From NCBI RefSeq assembly GCF_006345805.1, contig NC_043002.1, positions 12,152,001 to 12,216,000 on the forward strand: a stretch of DNA of 64,000 bases, written 5' to 3'. This document shows positions 11,753-25,137 of the stretch, piece by piece (position 1 is the first letter of the stretch; every line of letters starts with the position of its first letter). Origin of the DNA: Octopus sinensis (Eukaryota). The position numbers and the translations under genes are program-made. The notes below the pieces were generated by a model that saw nothing but the letters and a program-made list of their open reading frames with translations, was not told where the DNA came from and made no database searches.

Positions 11753-12472
11753 AATTTTCTAAAAACACTTTATATTTCGTTTTTGCATTCGGTTTGCTAT
11801 GTACTTAATGAGAACATCTGTGTTGATGCATATTTTTCTGTATCTCGAGAGTGTCCTTGTACTAATAATAAATATACTCACTGGTTGTACTACTTATATT
11901 ACTATTAGTCAATTTGCTTACATTTACTAATTAACTAATCGATTGTTTCAATAATTGTTCAGTCTACTGATCAACCTTTTACGTTTGTCAAAATCATTTC
12001 GTCGCCTTCTGCGATCTGATCAATGACCTACCATCTCGACACCAGGTCGGTTTGTCTCTTCCCTAGTTTAAAAGTTTGCTTGGCTCTTGTTTATTTAAAG
12101 ACTCAATTATGCTGTTCTGACTATAACAATATATTCTATTTGTCACCTTTTAGATCTGTTAAAGCTATTCATCTAGTAAACAATGTAACTTTACCTAGTT
12201 GTACATCTTGTTTGGTTTTCATGGGTTCGTATTCTTGTACCGTATATTTCTTTGGTATATACATATATTGACACAAACGTTATGCCACGCTCAATTTTCT
12301 TGTTTGCTGCAAGGAGGAGGCTCTTATTTTCAAGACTAAGACAGAAAAAGTATGTATTCTTTCTCAAATGGTTTGTCAATCAATATAACGTTGACTGTTA
12401 TTCTTCTCTTTATAATCATCCTTTGACGGTCTTTGTGAGGGTGCTGCTGTAGCTCGACTTCAGATGTAGGAC

Positions 12473-12800
12473 GGCACTCCGTCGGTTACGACGACGCCCT
12501 ATTCCAGTTTATCCGATCAACGGAATAGCCTGCTCGATAAATTAACGTGCAAGTGGCTGAACATTCCACACACGACACACGAACCCTTAAAATGATTCTC
12601 ACGGAAATTCAGCGTAACATTGAGTATGGCATGGTTGCTTCCTTCAAATACAAATACTACTTATTTTTGCCAGCTGAGCGAAATGGAGCAAAGTGAAAAA
12701 TGAAGTGTCTTACTTAAGGACACAACACGCTACCAGGATTCATATCTACGACATTACAATCGTGGGTCGAACACCGTAACCACTAACCAACTCACCCTCA
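12473..12800 (-). mobile_element. SINE family E (tRNA head, CORE-like, tail ...GTCGTAACCGACGGAGTGCC)
   Basis: Head TTAGTGGTTACGGTGTTCG, CORE-like GTTGTGTCCTTAAGTAAGACACTT; a degenerate relative lies at ~42080-42230. Confidence 0.7.
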
Positions 12801-13347
12801 TAAAAACTGATCGGGGGCCACACCCCGATATGTAAGCTACGAACTTTCACACAAAAGCACTAGGTTGTAGCGGGCTGGATGTATATTGAGTATTATACGG
12901 CAGGATATTAATGAAAAATGAACTCATCCAGCTTGATAACCCTTGCTGTGCATTAATTTCTGTTAACGTAGACAACTCATACAATCTACACCACTATTTT
13001 TTATTGTGCATTAAGTTTAAATGTGATAGAATTGGTTCATAGCCATAGAAGAAAAAACGAAAACCGAATGGAAACGAATAATTATAAGTAGAATATCAAA
13101 GAGATTTAGAAAAGTGTCAGGATTTCGCAAAGTGAAGTGATTTGATATTGCAGGAAATTACAATATAATGATTTAGATGAGCTAAATATAGACGGAAAAT
13201 ATTGGTAAATATATCATGGTTATAATTCAAATAGCTTATTTTAGTGTTGAAATCACTAGCAGACTACTATCCAATTAATATGGTGTAAATGTTTTTTACA
13301 GAAATGCAAGACTGGAAGATATCATACATCGCAATATACTCATATTT

Positions 13348-13760
13348 AAGGCGGCGAGCTGGCAGAAACGTTAGCACGCAGGGTTAAATGCGTAGCCGTA
13401 TTTCGTCTGCCGTTACATTTGAGTTCAAATTCCGCCGAGGTCGACTTTGCCTTTCATCCTTTCGGGGTCGATAAATTAAGTACCAGTTACGCACTGGGTC
13501 GATGTAATCGACTTAATCCTTTTGTCAGTCCTTGTTTGTACCCTCTGTGTTTAGCCTCTTGTGGGTAGTAAAGAAATCGGTATTTCGTCTGTCTTTACGT
13601 TCTGAGTTCAAATTCCGCCGAGGTCGACATTTCCTTTCATCCTTTCGGGGTCGATTAAATAAGTACCAGTTACGCATTGGGTTCGATGTAATGAACTTAA
13701 TCCCTTTGTATGTCCTTGTTTGTTCCCTCTATGTTCAACCTTTTGAGGGCAATAAAGATA
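13348..13760 (+). mobile_element. SINE family A dimer
   Basis: Head-body-body with junction AAAGAAATC|GGTATTTCGTC. Confidence 0.88.
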
Positions 13761-13899
13761 TATATATATATTCATGTGTGTGTTGCATGTGTGCGTGTGT
13801 ATGTGTGTGTGTGTGTGTGTATCGTGACGGAGTTATTATAATGTATACATAAAACAAAAAAGGTAGTAGGTGTATACGCTAGGAAGGGCTGTTATAGAG

Positions 13900-14067
13900 G
13901 CGTAGGAGTGGCAGTGTTAAGTAGCTTACTTACAAACCACATGGTTCCAGATTCAGTCCCATTGCGTGGCACCTTGGGTAAGTGTCTTCTACTATTGCCT
14001 TGGGCCGACCAAAACCTTGTGAGTGGATTTGGTAGACGGAAACTGAAAGAACCCCGTCGTATATATG

Positions 14068-14113
<46 letters not shown>

Positions 14114-14253
14114 TATATATATATATTAATATATAAGTGTGTGTGTTGTGTTGGTCCCCCCAACATTCCCGTAACCAAAACTTGTGAATGGATTGGTAGA
14201 CGGAAACTGAAAGAACCCCGTCGTATATATGTATATAGATGTATTGCATATAT

Positions 14254-14285
<32 letters not shown>

Positions 14286-14450
14286 CATGTGTGTTCGTCC
14301 CCCCAACATCCCCGTAACTTAGCGGTTCGGCAAAAGAGACTGATAGAATAAGTACTAGGCTTCCAAAGAATAAGTTCTGGGGTCGATTTGCTCGACTAAA
14401 GGCGGTGCTCCAGCATGGCCACAGTCAAATGACTGAAACAAGTAAAAGGG
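13900..14450 (+). mobile_element. SINE family B with an internal ~170-bp duplication around its microsatellite
   Basis: Head, CORE-like GCACCTTGGGTAAGTGTCTT, a duplicated AAAACTTGTGA...GTCGTATAT segment, and the tail. Confidence 0.85.
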
Positions 14451-14822
14451 TAGGTGTGAAAGGTACATATATCAATATAATCCCTTGACATACTTAGGGT
14501 TACAGCCGTTTCGAAGCCGTCATGTATTATTAATTGCCATGTGGAAGAGATTATACTTACATGCATAGAAATGCACACATCTGATATTTTGGCTCCTATG
14601 TACTCCACATGAAATGTTTGCATCGATCGTATTCTCTGGTTTTCAGCAGCATCAACACTGTACATTACACTTCTCTGTATTGCATTACTATGTGAGCTGT
14701 TAGCCGAATCCGTGCGAGGGGCTTAGTGTGATAGCTGCACGATTCTCTGAAATCATATCTTATACTACGTATGCGTATATGCGCGTCTGGGTGTACAGAT
14801 TATACAAAATACAGAATCTGTA

Positions 14823-14874
<52 letters not shown>

Positions 14875-14880
<6 letters not shown>

Positions 14881-15160
14881 ATGGGACAAGAACGCAAAAC
14901 ATCCAGACACATAGGTGAAACAAAACAAGGGAAAACAAAATCTCCAGACAGAATATACGAGGAAAACAAGGACGGATCATTCGGAGCTTTTTTTCCTCAG
15001 TCGAGTTCCAGATTAACTTTGCAACATCGGCTGGTTATGCTCGAGATTGCTTCAATCTGGCCAGCCCCAAGAAAAAATAAACTAAGAGCAATACATTCTT
15101 GGGAAGAAAGCAACATGTAAACGAAAACAAGGACGGAAAAAACAGAGAAGTTACACAAAT
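14875..15160. repeat. (TA)n-adjacent interspersed repeat, also at ~54460-54690; possibly Penelope pseudo-LTR derived
   Basis: Shared CATCCAGACA...GGTCATTCG.AGCTTT...CTCGAGA.TG.T.CA.ATCTGGC.A.CCCC motifs in both copies. Confidence 0.55.
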
Positions 15161-15161
15161 A

Positions 15162-15261
15162 NNNNNNNNNNNNNNNNNNNNNNNNNNNNNNNNNNNNNNN
15201 NNNNNNNNNNNNNNNNNNNNNNNNNNNNNNNNNNNNNNNNNNNNNNNNNNNNNNNNNNNNN
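15162..15261. other. Assembly gap (100 N)
   Basis: Run of N. Confidence 1.
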
Positions 15262-15420
15262 AGTGATGGAGTAAACGATCAGTCGAATGACCCCTCGCTG
15301 GATGCGGTTCAGGATTTCAGAGATCGTAGAAATAGCACCATCCTGATATAGAAACTGTCTCCATTATTTGTCTCACGTAATCTTTCTGGAATGTCAGCAA
15401 CTGATGGGAACCTAACAGAG

Positions 15421-15655
15421 TGGCTGGTGTATGGAATGCAATCTTAGCTATGACAAATCTTTGCTATGACAAATCTTAGCTATGACTGGTGTATGGGATG
15501 CAATCTTAGCTATGACAAATCTTAGCTATGACAAATCTTAGCTATGACAAATCTTAGCTATGACAAATCTTAGCTATGACTGGTGTATGGGATGCAATCT
15601 TAGCTATGACAAATCTTAGCTATGACTGGTGTATGGGATGCAATCTTAGCTATAA
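15421..15655. repeat. Compound minisatellite of TTAGCTATGACAAATC and TGGTGTATGGGATGCAATC units
   Basis: Direct reading; the units derive from the adjacent LINE sequence. Confidence 0.85.
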
Positions 15656-15659
15656 CAAA

Positions 15660-16730
15660 GAAAACTCTCCCATTATGATGAGTCTCAGCATTTCGAAAGT
15701 CCTGTAGAAGCTGTAATTGAGTATAGCTGATGTTTCTGAAGGGTTGTGGTGCATCGTGGTGGTGTTTGAATATTTTGTTTTTCAAAAAGATAAGATTTTA
15801 AAGCCCCACTCTTAAGGGACACTCTTAAGTTCACCGTTTGTAGAATTAATTGAAGTTTGGCGTGCGATTACTAGTCTGTGGATGATGTATGTTTAGGGTA
15901 GTTTGGGGAAGAAAGAAGGGCCACGCCGTTTGTGTTTCTTATAGAATTAACGTGGAATTATAGAATTAAAGAAGGAAGTGAGTGGGGGGTAGAATCGAAG
16001 TTTGGGGAACACCAGAGTTGATTGGGATCATTGCCAATAAATGTGCGGTATTATAGAAAGCTCCTGATCTGAGAAATGAAAGTTGGTTGGAGGTCCTCGA
16101 TAGAGGGTTTTGATGGGTTAAGGTTAGAGAAGGCGCGGTTAAAACAATAGCTGGTGTCTAGTGTAACAACACTACTTCGCCAAATTTGTCTAAAGCGAGA
16201 TCCCACTTATGAGTGGCAAAATGGGGTAGATTTGCAGCGTATCTGGTTCTATGGAAGCGAAACTGGTGTTCACTAAGGAAAGAGAAAGATTTAAGGTGAT
16301 GGAAAACGTAATGGTTAATAGTTGTCTATATTACTCTGGCGATGTTAATGGCGCGCACGAAGGCCGGCAGGGTTACGTTCTTTGGAATAGGACACAGTGA
16401 GTGGGTGCCTCCAAATTTCAAAGTATAACTCTGTAGTGAGTTAGAGATGGATTAGGGTTAACCCATCTCTGTTAAGTTCCCAACAGTTGCTGACATTCCA
16501 GAAAGATTACGTGAGACCAATAATGGAGACAGTTTCTATATCTGGATGGTGCTATTTCTACGATCTCTGAAATCCTGAACCGCATCCAGTGAGGGGTCAT
16601 TCGACTGATCGTTTGGTTTGTATAGGAGTAAGCTCTGGGGATAAGTAGAACGTTTAAATGTAATAGACCGGGCATTCATAGGGATACTGGTTGTGTTTGC
16701 TTGATGCAGCTGCAGATATTTCCACATCTA
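15660..16730 (-). mobile_element. Degenerate CR1/L2/Jockey-group LINE RT fragment
   Basis: Frameshifted motifs on the minus strand: HYRVI (NYRPI), FLSEHQFRF, HKWDLALDKFGE, PINSGVPQTSILPPTHFLL, QLQLL. Confidence 0.7.
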
Positions 16731-16973
16731 ACGTGTAAAGAGGTGGGCTAGGGAAACTAATGAATTAAAAGTAAGATTTTCAGGGAATTAAACCAAGAAC
16801 TAACCCAAGGATTTGAACTGAGGAAAATGAAAGAGTTGGTTTTCTTCAGTTGGGTACTGCTTACATTATCATCGTTGTTTAAAATCGGAAGGAAATAGGA
16901 CATCAATAAATTCATAAAAATCTGTTCGGCAAGGAACCAAATGTAGACCCAGCCTGAGAGATATAAAACCTTA

Positions 16974-17576
16974 TATTAAGACGGTGATCTGGCAGAAACC
17001 TTAGCACGCCGGGCGAAATGCTTAGTGGTAGTTCTCTTGTTTTTACATTCTGAGTTCAAATTCCGCCGTGGTCGACTTTACCTTTCATCCTTTCGGGGTC
17101 GATAAATTAAGCATCAGTTACGCACTGGGGTCGGTGTAATCGACTTAATCCGTTTGTCTATCCTTGTTTGTCCTCTTTGTGATTAGCCCCTTGTGGCTAA
17201 TAAAGAAATATGTATTTTTTTGTCGTTACGTTCTGAGTTCCAATTCCGCCGTGGTCGACTTTACCTTTCATCCTATCGGGGTCAATAAATTAAGCATAAC
17301 TTACGCACTGGGGTCGGTGTAATCGACTTAATCCGTTTGTCTGTCCTTGTTTGTCCCCACTATGTTTAGCCCCTTATGGGTAATAAAGAAATATGTATTT
17401 CTTTTGCCTTTACGTTCTCAGTTCCAAATCCGCCGTGGTCGACTTTACCTTCCATCCTTTCGGGGTCGATAAATTAAGCACCAGTTACACACTGGGATCG
17501 ATGTAATCGACGTAATCTGTTTGTCTGTCCTTGCTTGTCCCCTCTATGTTTAGCCCCATGTGGGCAATATAGAAAC
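16974..17576 (+). mobile_element. SINE family A trimer within one 15-bp TSD
   Basis: Three ~184-bp bodies; TSD AGATATAAAACCTTA at 16959-16973 and 17577-17591. Confidence 0.9.
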
Positions 17577-18103
17577 AGATATAAAACCTTAGGGTTTGTG
17601 TGATGGACAAAGGCTTTCTTTGCAAAAGAGTAGAACGCTGTGTTACAGACGTTTCGCCGTTGGATGAATATTTCACGGTTTTGCGGAATGGGTGAGACAA
17701 GTAAGACGTTGTACACCTTGTTATATACTAAAACTGGCACAGTACAACCAAGAGTACTTTACGAGGGTGACTTAGGACACGACGCGTGAATGCACACGTT
17801 TCGTATGTCATATAAATATTTGTTTAACATCGGACGTAAACAAACATACACGCACTCGCATATATATATTTGTGTGTACGCACGTATCTATGAATATCTA
17901 TGCATTGATCCATCTATATAAGCTTATGTGGATATGTGTGCGTGTGTATGTATGTTTGTGAGTGTGTGTAAACGAATATATATGCATTTGTTGTTTTATG
18001 TGAATACGTATCAGCGCGTGCGCGTATATATTTATGTCTTTATAAAAATATACATATATATACATATATATATATATATACATACATATATATATATATA
18101 CAT

Positions 18104-18135
<32 letters not shown>

Positions 18136-18261
18136 TATATATATATGTATACATGCTACCTACCCATTTTATAAATATATATATACATACGTAAATATAT
18201 ATATGTCTATATATATACATATAAATATGTATATATATACATATATGTATATATATATATC

Positions 18262-18299
<38 letters not shown>

Positions 18300-18434
18300 T
18301 ACATACATATATATATATACATATATATGCATATATATATGTATATATATAGACATATATATATATACATATATATACATATAAATATGTATATATATAT
18401 ATATATATGTAACTAAATATATATATAAATATAT

Positions 18435-18487
<53 letters not shown>

Positions 18488-18866
18488 TATATACACGCGT
18501 ATATGCACGTATACATATATACACGCATGCAGGATATACAAGCATACATACATCTAAACCTACACACACGCATAACATGTATGTCAATTAAAAATCAGTT
18601 CATTCCTCCGTACAAAGTAAACAAAATAAATAGACTGAACTCCCCAAAGGTTAACAAAACTAACGCTCATCTATCATTGCTCATTCGAGCGGCCATTGTC
18701 TGTACATAGACTCTTAAGTTATGTAACAACAGCGAAACATCGCTACAGTTGGTAGTTTTAAGAATATGTTAACAACAAACGCTTCTTTATTGCATTACAC
18801 AGATAACAGCCATTTTGTTTTAAGACATCTCTATGCATATAAGTATATACATACATACATACATAC

Positions 18867-18902
<36 letters not shown>

Positions 18903-19379
18903 AATGCTTTTATTTTCAAATATATATCTGTTCATCGGTAATCATGTATGTGAGCGTGTGTGTGTATGTGTGTAGGTGTGTGTGTACGTATGTATATTTT
19001 TGTTATCTAATTCGATGTCTTTTCTTGGCTCTTGTACTTACTGGTTGTCTCAAGTACGTATCCTCTTTTTTCCTAACTTACTTTCACTTTCTCAAACCCC
19101 TCTATTTCTCTCTCCGTTTCTCTGTCTCTATGTCTGTCTGTCTCTGTGTCTCTCTCTGTCTCTCTCTCTCGCCTCCTCTTTCCATGACACTACATCAAGC
19201 TTCAGATCTTTTTGCAAAATTTTTGCCATCATTCTTACTACTCTATCGGTTTCTTCTTATCTGTGAAATAATATGAATGCATATATGATCAATCTATACG
19301 AACAGACATGTATTTAAAAGATTGATGCACACATGCATACATATATATACATACATACATATAATATATAATATATATA

Positions 19380-19482
<103 letters not shown>

Positions 19483-19507
19483 TGTAACAAGGACGTCAAG
19501 TTATTAC

Positions 19508-19594
19508 TACATTACGGCCGTTTCAGGCGGCTCCATTTGATCAATCAATGCAAGCATTACATCTATTTGAAATAGATCACCTTCCTCAGATGCA
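19508..19594 (-). ncRNA. Type-I hammerhead ribozyme, canonical core, in a short (TA)n-adjacent Penelope-like pseudo-LTR fragment
   Basis: Minus strand: TGCAT-CTGAGGA-AGGTG-(loop)-CGCCT-GAAA-CGGCCG-T-A-ATGTA; stems I and II pair; stem III ACGGCCGT is a palindrome; GUA cleavage triplet. Confidence 0.75.
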
Positions 19595-20468
19595 TAAGAC
19601 CATATAGGTTCTCAACATGCAGGATACTCCATTATAATTTTTATGCAAATTTCATTTCAAAACTAGAGAATAAATATTTCACCATCGTCGTCGTCATCAT
19701 CGCCGTTGTCGTCGTCGTCGTCGTCGTCATCATCATCATCATCATCATCACTGCTGCCATCATTATCCTCAGCATTATCGTTGACACCTCATAGAAATAT
19801 TCCATGTCGTGAACAACTAGATAGTTCTAAGAATGGAAAATCCAAAATATTCCCTTTTATTATTAAAAAAAAAAAAATGGAAGAAAATTATAAGAAAGTC
19901 AAGAGAAGTTTATTTTACATGAATTTCAAATTGAAACTATTCCGGAAATAATGAAAACCGTTACTAAAACCAATTCCAATATAACGCGTGTTTGTGAAAT
20001 ACGGAATACAGAAAATGCTTCCACAAATTTTCTTTCCGACAGATCTGTATTAATCTTGTTATCAAAGTTCATCACGTAAAGAAATCGCTTTTGTTTTTTG
20101 CTTTTTTACAAATATATATGTGTATTATAATCTATGTTTGTGTGTATAGATAAATATATGATGCTTCTGTATAAATGTACGTATACTATATACGTATATA
20201 GCCGTGCGTGCGTATATATTTATATATTTATATATGTATGTGTATATGTATGTATGTATGCATGTATGTATAGTTATACTTACTAGCAGTAACCGTGGAA
20301 ATACGAGACGGTTGTTTTGAAAATTGTGTGATGAACTTGTATATGTTTCTGAAACATTTGATTCTAGAGAGGAAATAAAAGTCCACACAGGCAGTATTGA
20401 AGGGTCAATCAATCAAACAATCAATTATTCAATCCCTATATCTATCTATGTGCCTGTCTGTTTGTCTG

Positions 20469-20560
<92 letters not shown>

Positions 20561-20561
20561 A

Positions 20562-20618
<57 letters not shown>

Positions 20619-20923
20619 AACCTGGAAAAATTTAAAACAGAGAGTTACTTACTTGCAAATAAATCAAATAAATGTGTTAACATGTGACATTCTTGACCGA
20701 AGTTACCGTGGTCTTTTCCGTAGGCTTTTCTTTCCACGGATAAACCTTATCTGTTTCCCCCTTTACACTTTATATCATGACATTTCTGTGATACACGACC
20801 CCTATTGATCGTTTTTTTCTTTCTTTTTTACGATCCCTTTTGATTGAAAACCTGCCGCTCTTTTTTCTTTACCGTGTAATTTGTCCCGTCTGTGTTCAGC
20901 ACTGTGTGGCTAATAAAGAAACA

Positions 20924-21016
<93 letters not shown>

Positions 21017-21924
21017 GTTAAATAATATATGTATCTATGTATGCATGTGTGTGTGTGTGTGTGTAATACATCAAGTACTGGACATCACCAACGCGTGAAA
21101 AATACGTAAACACATAATGAGAGACAAGTACGAGATAAAATATCAAAAGCAGTCTAACCCCTCCTCAGTTGCCGACTGTTAATTACACCCTATTTCGAGC
21201 TTTCAACGTCAAGATAGGAAAACTTCAGCCCGTCGTTTCCAGGCAATTTTTACAACAGAATGTCCTATATAAATATTTATTTATTCCATGTCAGCGCATG
21301 CCTTTTCCGAGAGGGACAGATTTGTGCAATTTCTTGCCAAAAATCTTCGTTGTTTTTTTTTTCTTTTAAAAGTATTTATATGTCCGTTCGACCGCTTAAC
21401 ATGACTATTCATTAAAACTTTAGAAATTCTCAAAACTTTGGTCGTTGTAATGCTCTGCTTTAGTTTGTTTAATAAAAATTCCTCCACCACCTAATGATGT
21501 TGCTTTCATTTCGTGATAGACAGCTATCATACAGAAAAGGCTAGCTATGATGCAGATATCACGCAGAAAATGCCAGCTTCCAAAACCTGTTTTCCGATTC
21601 GATAAAATTGATTAAAGTTTAAGCCTCAGTAACATTTTTCTACAGTTTTTCTGGAACAAATAAATAACAGAATCGGATTTAACGTGGAAAATTATTTCAA
21701 TAGACGCAATTTTAATATTTCACAATATGTCACAGCAAAAAGAACGATCCTGTAAAAGTACAGTTAAAGAACACGCACACACAAACACACACACATACAC
21801 ACATTTACAAATGTGTAATCACGATATTAAAATGCTATATAGTAGACATCAACGGCCATCCAATAAATGTCTTAAGGCTATATCATTCGCGGAGACATAG
21901 AAATAATCGGACTGAATACCTGAT

Positions 21925-22050
21925 CGCGCGGTTAAACCATTGGGAGTGAAGGACTCCTAGCCTTTGTTAGGGCATCCTTCTAGGAGAAGGTAACTCAGGT
22001 AACTGGGATAACTCCGACATAAAACCTGCGGCTGAGTGGTTACCGATGAT
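21925..22050 (+). mobile_element. RTE-type LINE 5'-UTR-like remnant
   Basis: GGGCATCCTTCTAGGAGAAGGTAACTC...AAAACC resembles the recalled RTE 5'-UTR motif. Confidence 0.4.
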
Positions 22051-22599
22051 GTTGACTTGTTCTTCTTTTCGGAATATGGATGCTGTTGCTTAGTAAGTGG
22101 GATTGACTCTGTGTACAGCCTTTCCTCACTTTAAAAAAATCTTCTTGCAAAGGCATTGCACGATAACAACATTGATTAAGCTTCGTGCAATGGTCATACT
22201 CGATAACGAAGGGGCAGCCGCCAAACATATATCTGTGTGGTGTGTGTGTGTGTGTGTGTCTCTGAGTGCGTGTTTCTTTACAGGGGACAGTCACCTACTG
22301 TGACCTACCCGCTCTCTCGTTAAAGCTAAGTATTCCTCATTTCCACCTTTGTGTGCGTGCGTGCGTACATGCGTTTGTTCGTGTGCGCGAGCGTGTTGTA
22401 TCTATGTACTTACGAAAGTATGTATGCAGGGTCGCGTGTAAATGACAGCTCTATTAACCTTAACATCCCATTGTCACCGCTGTTCTTGCCTTCACTGATA
22501 TAAGTCACCCTTTCTCTGCCACTACCTTTCCCTCAGACTAATACCTTTTGCAACTTTCTCATTTTATCATATAATTCGGCCAACCTCCCTGGTGCGGAG

Positions 22600-22775
22600 C
22601 AAATTATAGATTTCTATTGAAATCCAATTAGCCTGTTATTGAACTGGATGTTAGTGTAACATGTATACAAAGTTTCGTGGATATTGGTTCGTCAGCTTAG
22701 GCACTAAGATGGTTACAGCCAGAGAGACAGAAATTGTCATTTATATTATATTATATTATATTATATTATTATATA
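22600..22775 (+). mobile_element. Helitron/Helentron-like non-autonomous element, 3' end
   Basis: CATGTATACAAAGTTTCGTGGATATTGG...ACAGCCAGAGAGACAGAAATTGTCATTTATATTATA resembles HINE/Lep1-type 3' ends. Confidence 0.45.
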
Positions 22776-22779
22776 TATA

Positions 22780-23195
22780 CTCTTTCTCTTTTACTCTTTT
22801 ACTTGTTTCAATCATGTGACTGTGGCCATGCTGGAGCACCGTCTTTAGTTGATCAAATCGACCCCAGGACTTATTCTTTGTAAGCCTAGTACTTATTTTT
22901 TCGGTGGTCTTTTTGCCGAACCGCTAAGTTACGGGGACGTAAACACACCAGCATCGGTTGTCAAGCGATGTTGGGGGGACAAACACAGACACACAAACAC
23001 GCACATACACATACATATATATACATATATACGACGGGCTTCTTTCAGTTTCCGTCTACCAAATCCACTCTCAAGGCTTTGGTCGGCCCGAGGCTATACT
23101 AGAAGACACTTACCCAAGGTGCCACGCAGTGGGACTGAACCAGGAACCATGTGGTTCGTAAGCAAGCTACTTACCACACAGCCACTCCTGCGCCT
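22780..23195 (-). mobile_element. Full-length SINE family B
   Basis: Head AGGCGCAGGAGTGGCTGTGTGG, CORE-like block, internal (TA/TG)n, tail (GTAAAAGA)n. Confidence 0.92.
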
Positions 23196-23932
23196 ATATA
23201 TATATATATATTATATATATATAATATATATATTATATATATATATAATATATATATATCTATATCAGTTTGCAGAAGCAACAGAGTGACTTAACGCCGA
23301 GAATTTTCTGCGGATAACACTCTTCTGTTACCATTTCCGAGTCTCTCTTGAACTGACCATGTGACAGCGTTACACATTCAGCCTTAGAATGATAACTATT
23401 ACTTTTCCTATACCACAGGTCGTTAACCCTTCTCTTTCCAGCTTTTTCTTTCGTTCTTCGCCTATCCTTTAAACTAACCATGTGACAACGTGAAGCAGGC
23501 AACCTTAACGTATTGGTGTATAGATTCTACGAGAACATCCATTGTGTGAAGTAGTTCCCATTTGCTGTTGCCGATTCAGTCAAAGTTCGATACTCAGGTT
23601 CCGTTCTTCATTATGGAGAATATGTTGCAACGCATTCCTTTACTTACCAGACAAACCGTTCGAGAATATAAGCTGCTCAATATTGCATTGGTTCAATGAG
23701 TAACCAGTTGACTGTTTAACCAGCATGAATGTGTTCGTTCATTTTAGTAGAACATATATTGACGCAATAACACTACTTGACATATATGCATACACATATA
23801 CATATATATTTATGTGTGTGTAAATATATACATATCTATATATATATATATACATATCTATATATATATGTGTGTGTATGTATATAAATATATTTATATA
23901 TACGTATGTATTTACATGTATATATATTATAT

Positions 23933-23987
<55 letters not shown>

Positions 23988-24192
23988 GTGTATGTGTGTG
24001 TGTACATGTGTGTTCATGTTTCCTGACAGTGTACCACATAATCTCTCTATCTCAAGCTTTCACACATTGACTTCGCAACTTGTATTTTGTTTTCTCTGCA
24101 GCGCTACCACTATTGCGGTGTATATGGTCATAATACTCTCATCTTCCTCTGTGTACGTGTGTCTATACATACATACATTCATGTATGTATGA

Positions 24193-24235
<43 letters not shown>

Positions 24236-24552
24236 CACCTATGTATGTATATGGCGTATCGCACAGCCATCTTTGCAGTAATTGTCTCCGTGAGGTGAAG
24301 ATCTATAGATACTGTTAGATTATCTTTGATATAAACTCTACGTTAATCCGATTAATTTCAAACTTCTGCATCAAGTCAACGCACTAATTGATGTGACCTT
24401 TTCTACGAGCAGGATTCCCTACTTTCCGTTGAAGAATTTGATCTCAACCGTAAATATATGCTATATACCTACATGTATATACATACATATGTGTATGCTT
24501 ATATGCGTGTATTTGTCTCTTTGTATACGCATACATACATACACCCATTTAC

Positions 24553-24595
<43 letters not shown>

Positions 24596-24930
24596 CCGAA
24601 CTATCTGTCGATCTAGCCGTCAAGCTATCTAACTACCGCCTTTTATCTCTCTTTCTCTCTCTCTCTCTATTTATGTGCATGAGCGTATATACATAAATAC
24701 GTGTGTGTATACATATATGTGTGTAGTATGTATATGTGTGCCTGATTACACTATTAATATGTATGTATATGCCTCTATATGTTTTTGTATATGTATATCT
24801 ATCCATCTATTAATTTATCTATCTATGTATCTCCCTGTCGGTCTGTCTATCTGTCTATGTTATTATCTGTCTTTCTCTTAGTCTCTGTCTGTTTGTCTGT
24901 CTGTCTGTCTCTCTCTCTCTCAAACTGTTA

Positions 24931-24986
<56 letters not shown>

Positions 24987-25137
24987 ATGTATATATGTAT
25001 GTATAACCTTCATTTTCTATCAACTGTTTCGGCCGTGGGGCAGCATTTAACCAAAGCTGTCTGCTAGTGTAACATCTTATAAATTCTTCGCGACCATTTG
25101 AACAAAACGTTTCTTAATTGCAATATTCTTATTCCTT

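Noticed and set aside
11950-12460. Non-repetitive stretch with plausible minus-strand splice sites (MYIPKKYTVQEYEPMKTKQDVQL)
   Set aside because: No recognisable homology, several competing frames, and no consistent multi-exon model.
14960-15010. CTGAGGA on the minus strand of the 14875-15160 repeat as a hammerhead
   Set aside because: No pairing stem II, GAAA is replaced by GAAT, and stem I does not close.
16974-17576. Family-A arrays as hammerhead retrozymes or CRISPR-like arrays
   Set aside because: No CUGAnGA/GAAA fold on either strand and no repeat-spacer structure; the units are SINE bodies.
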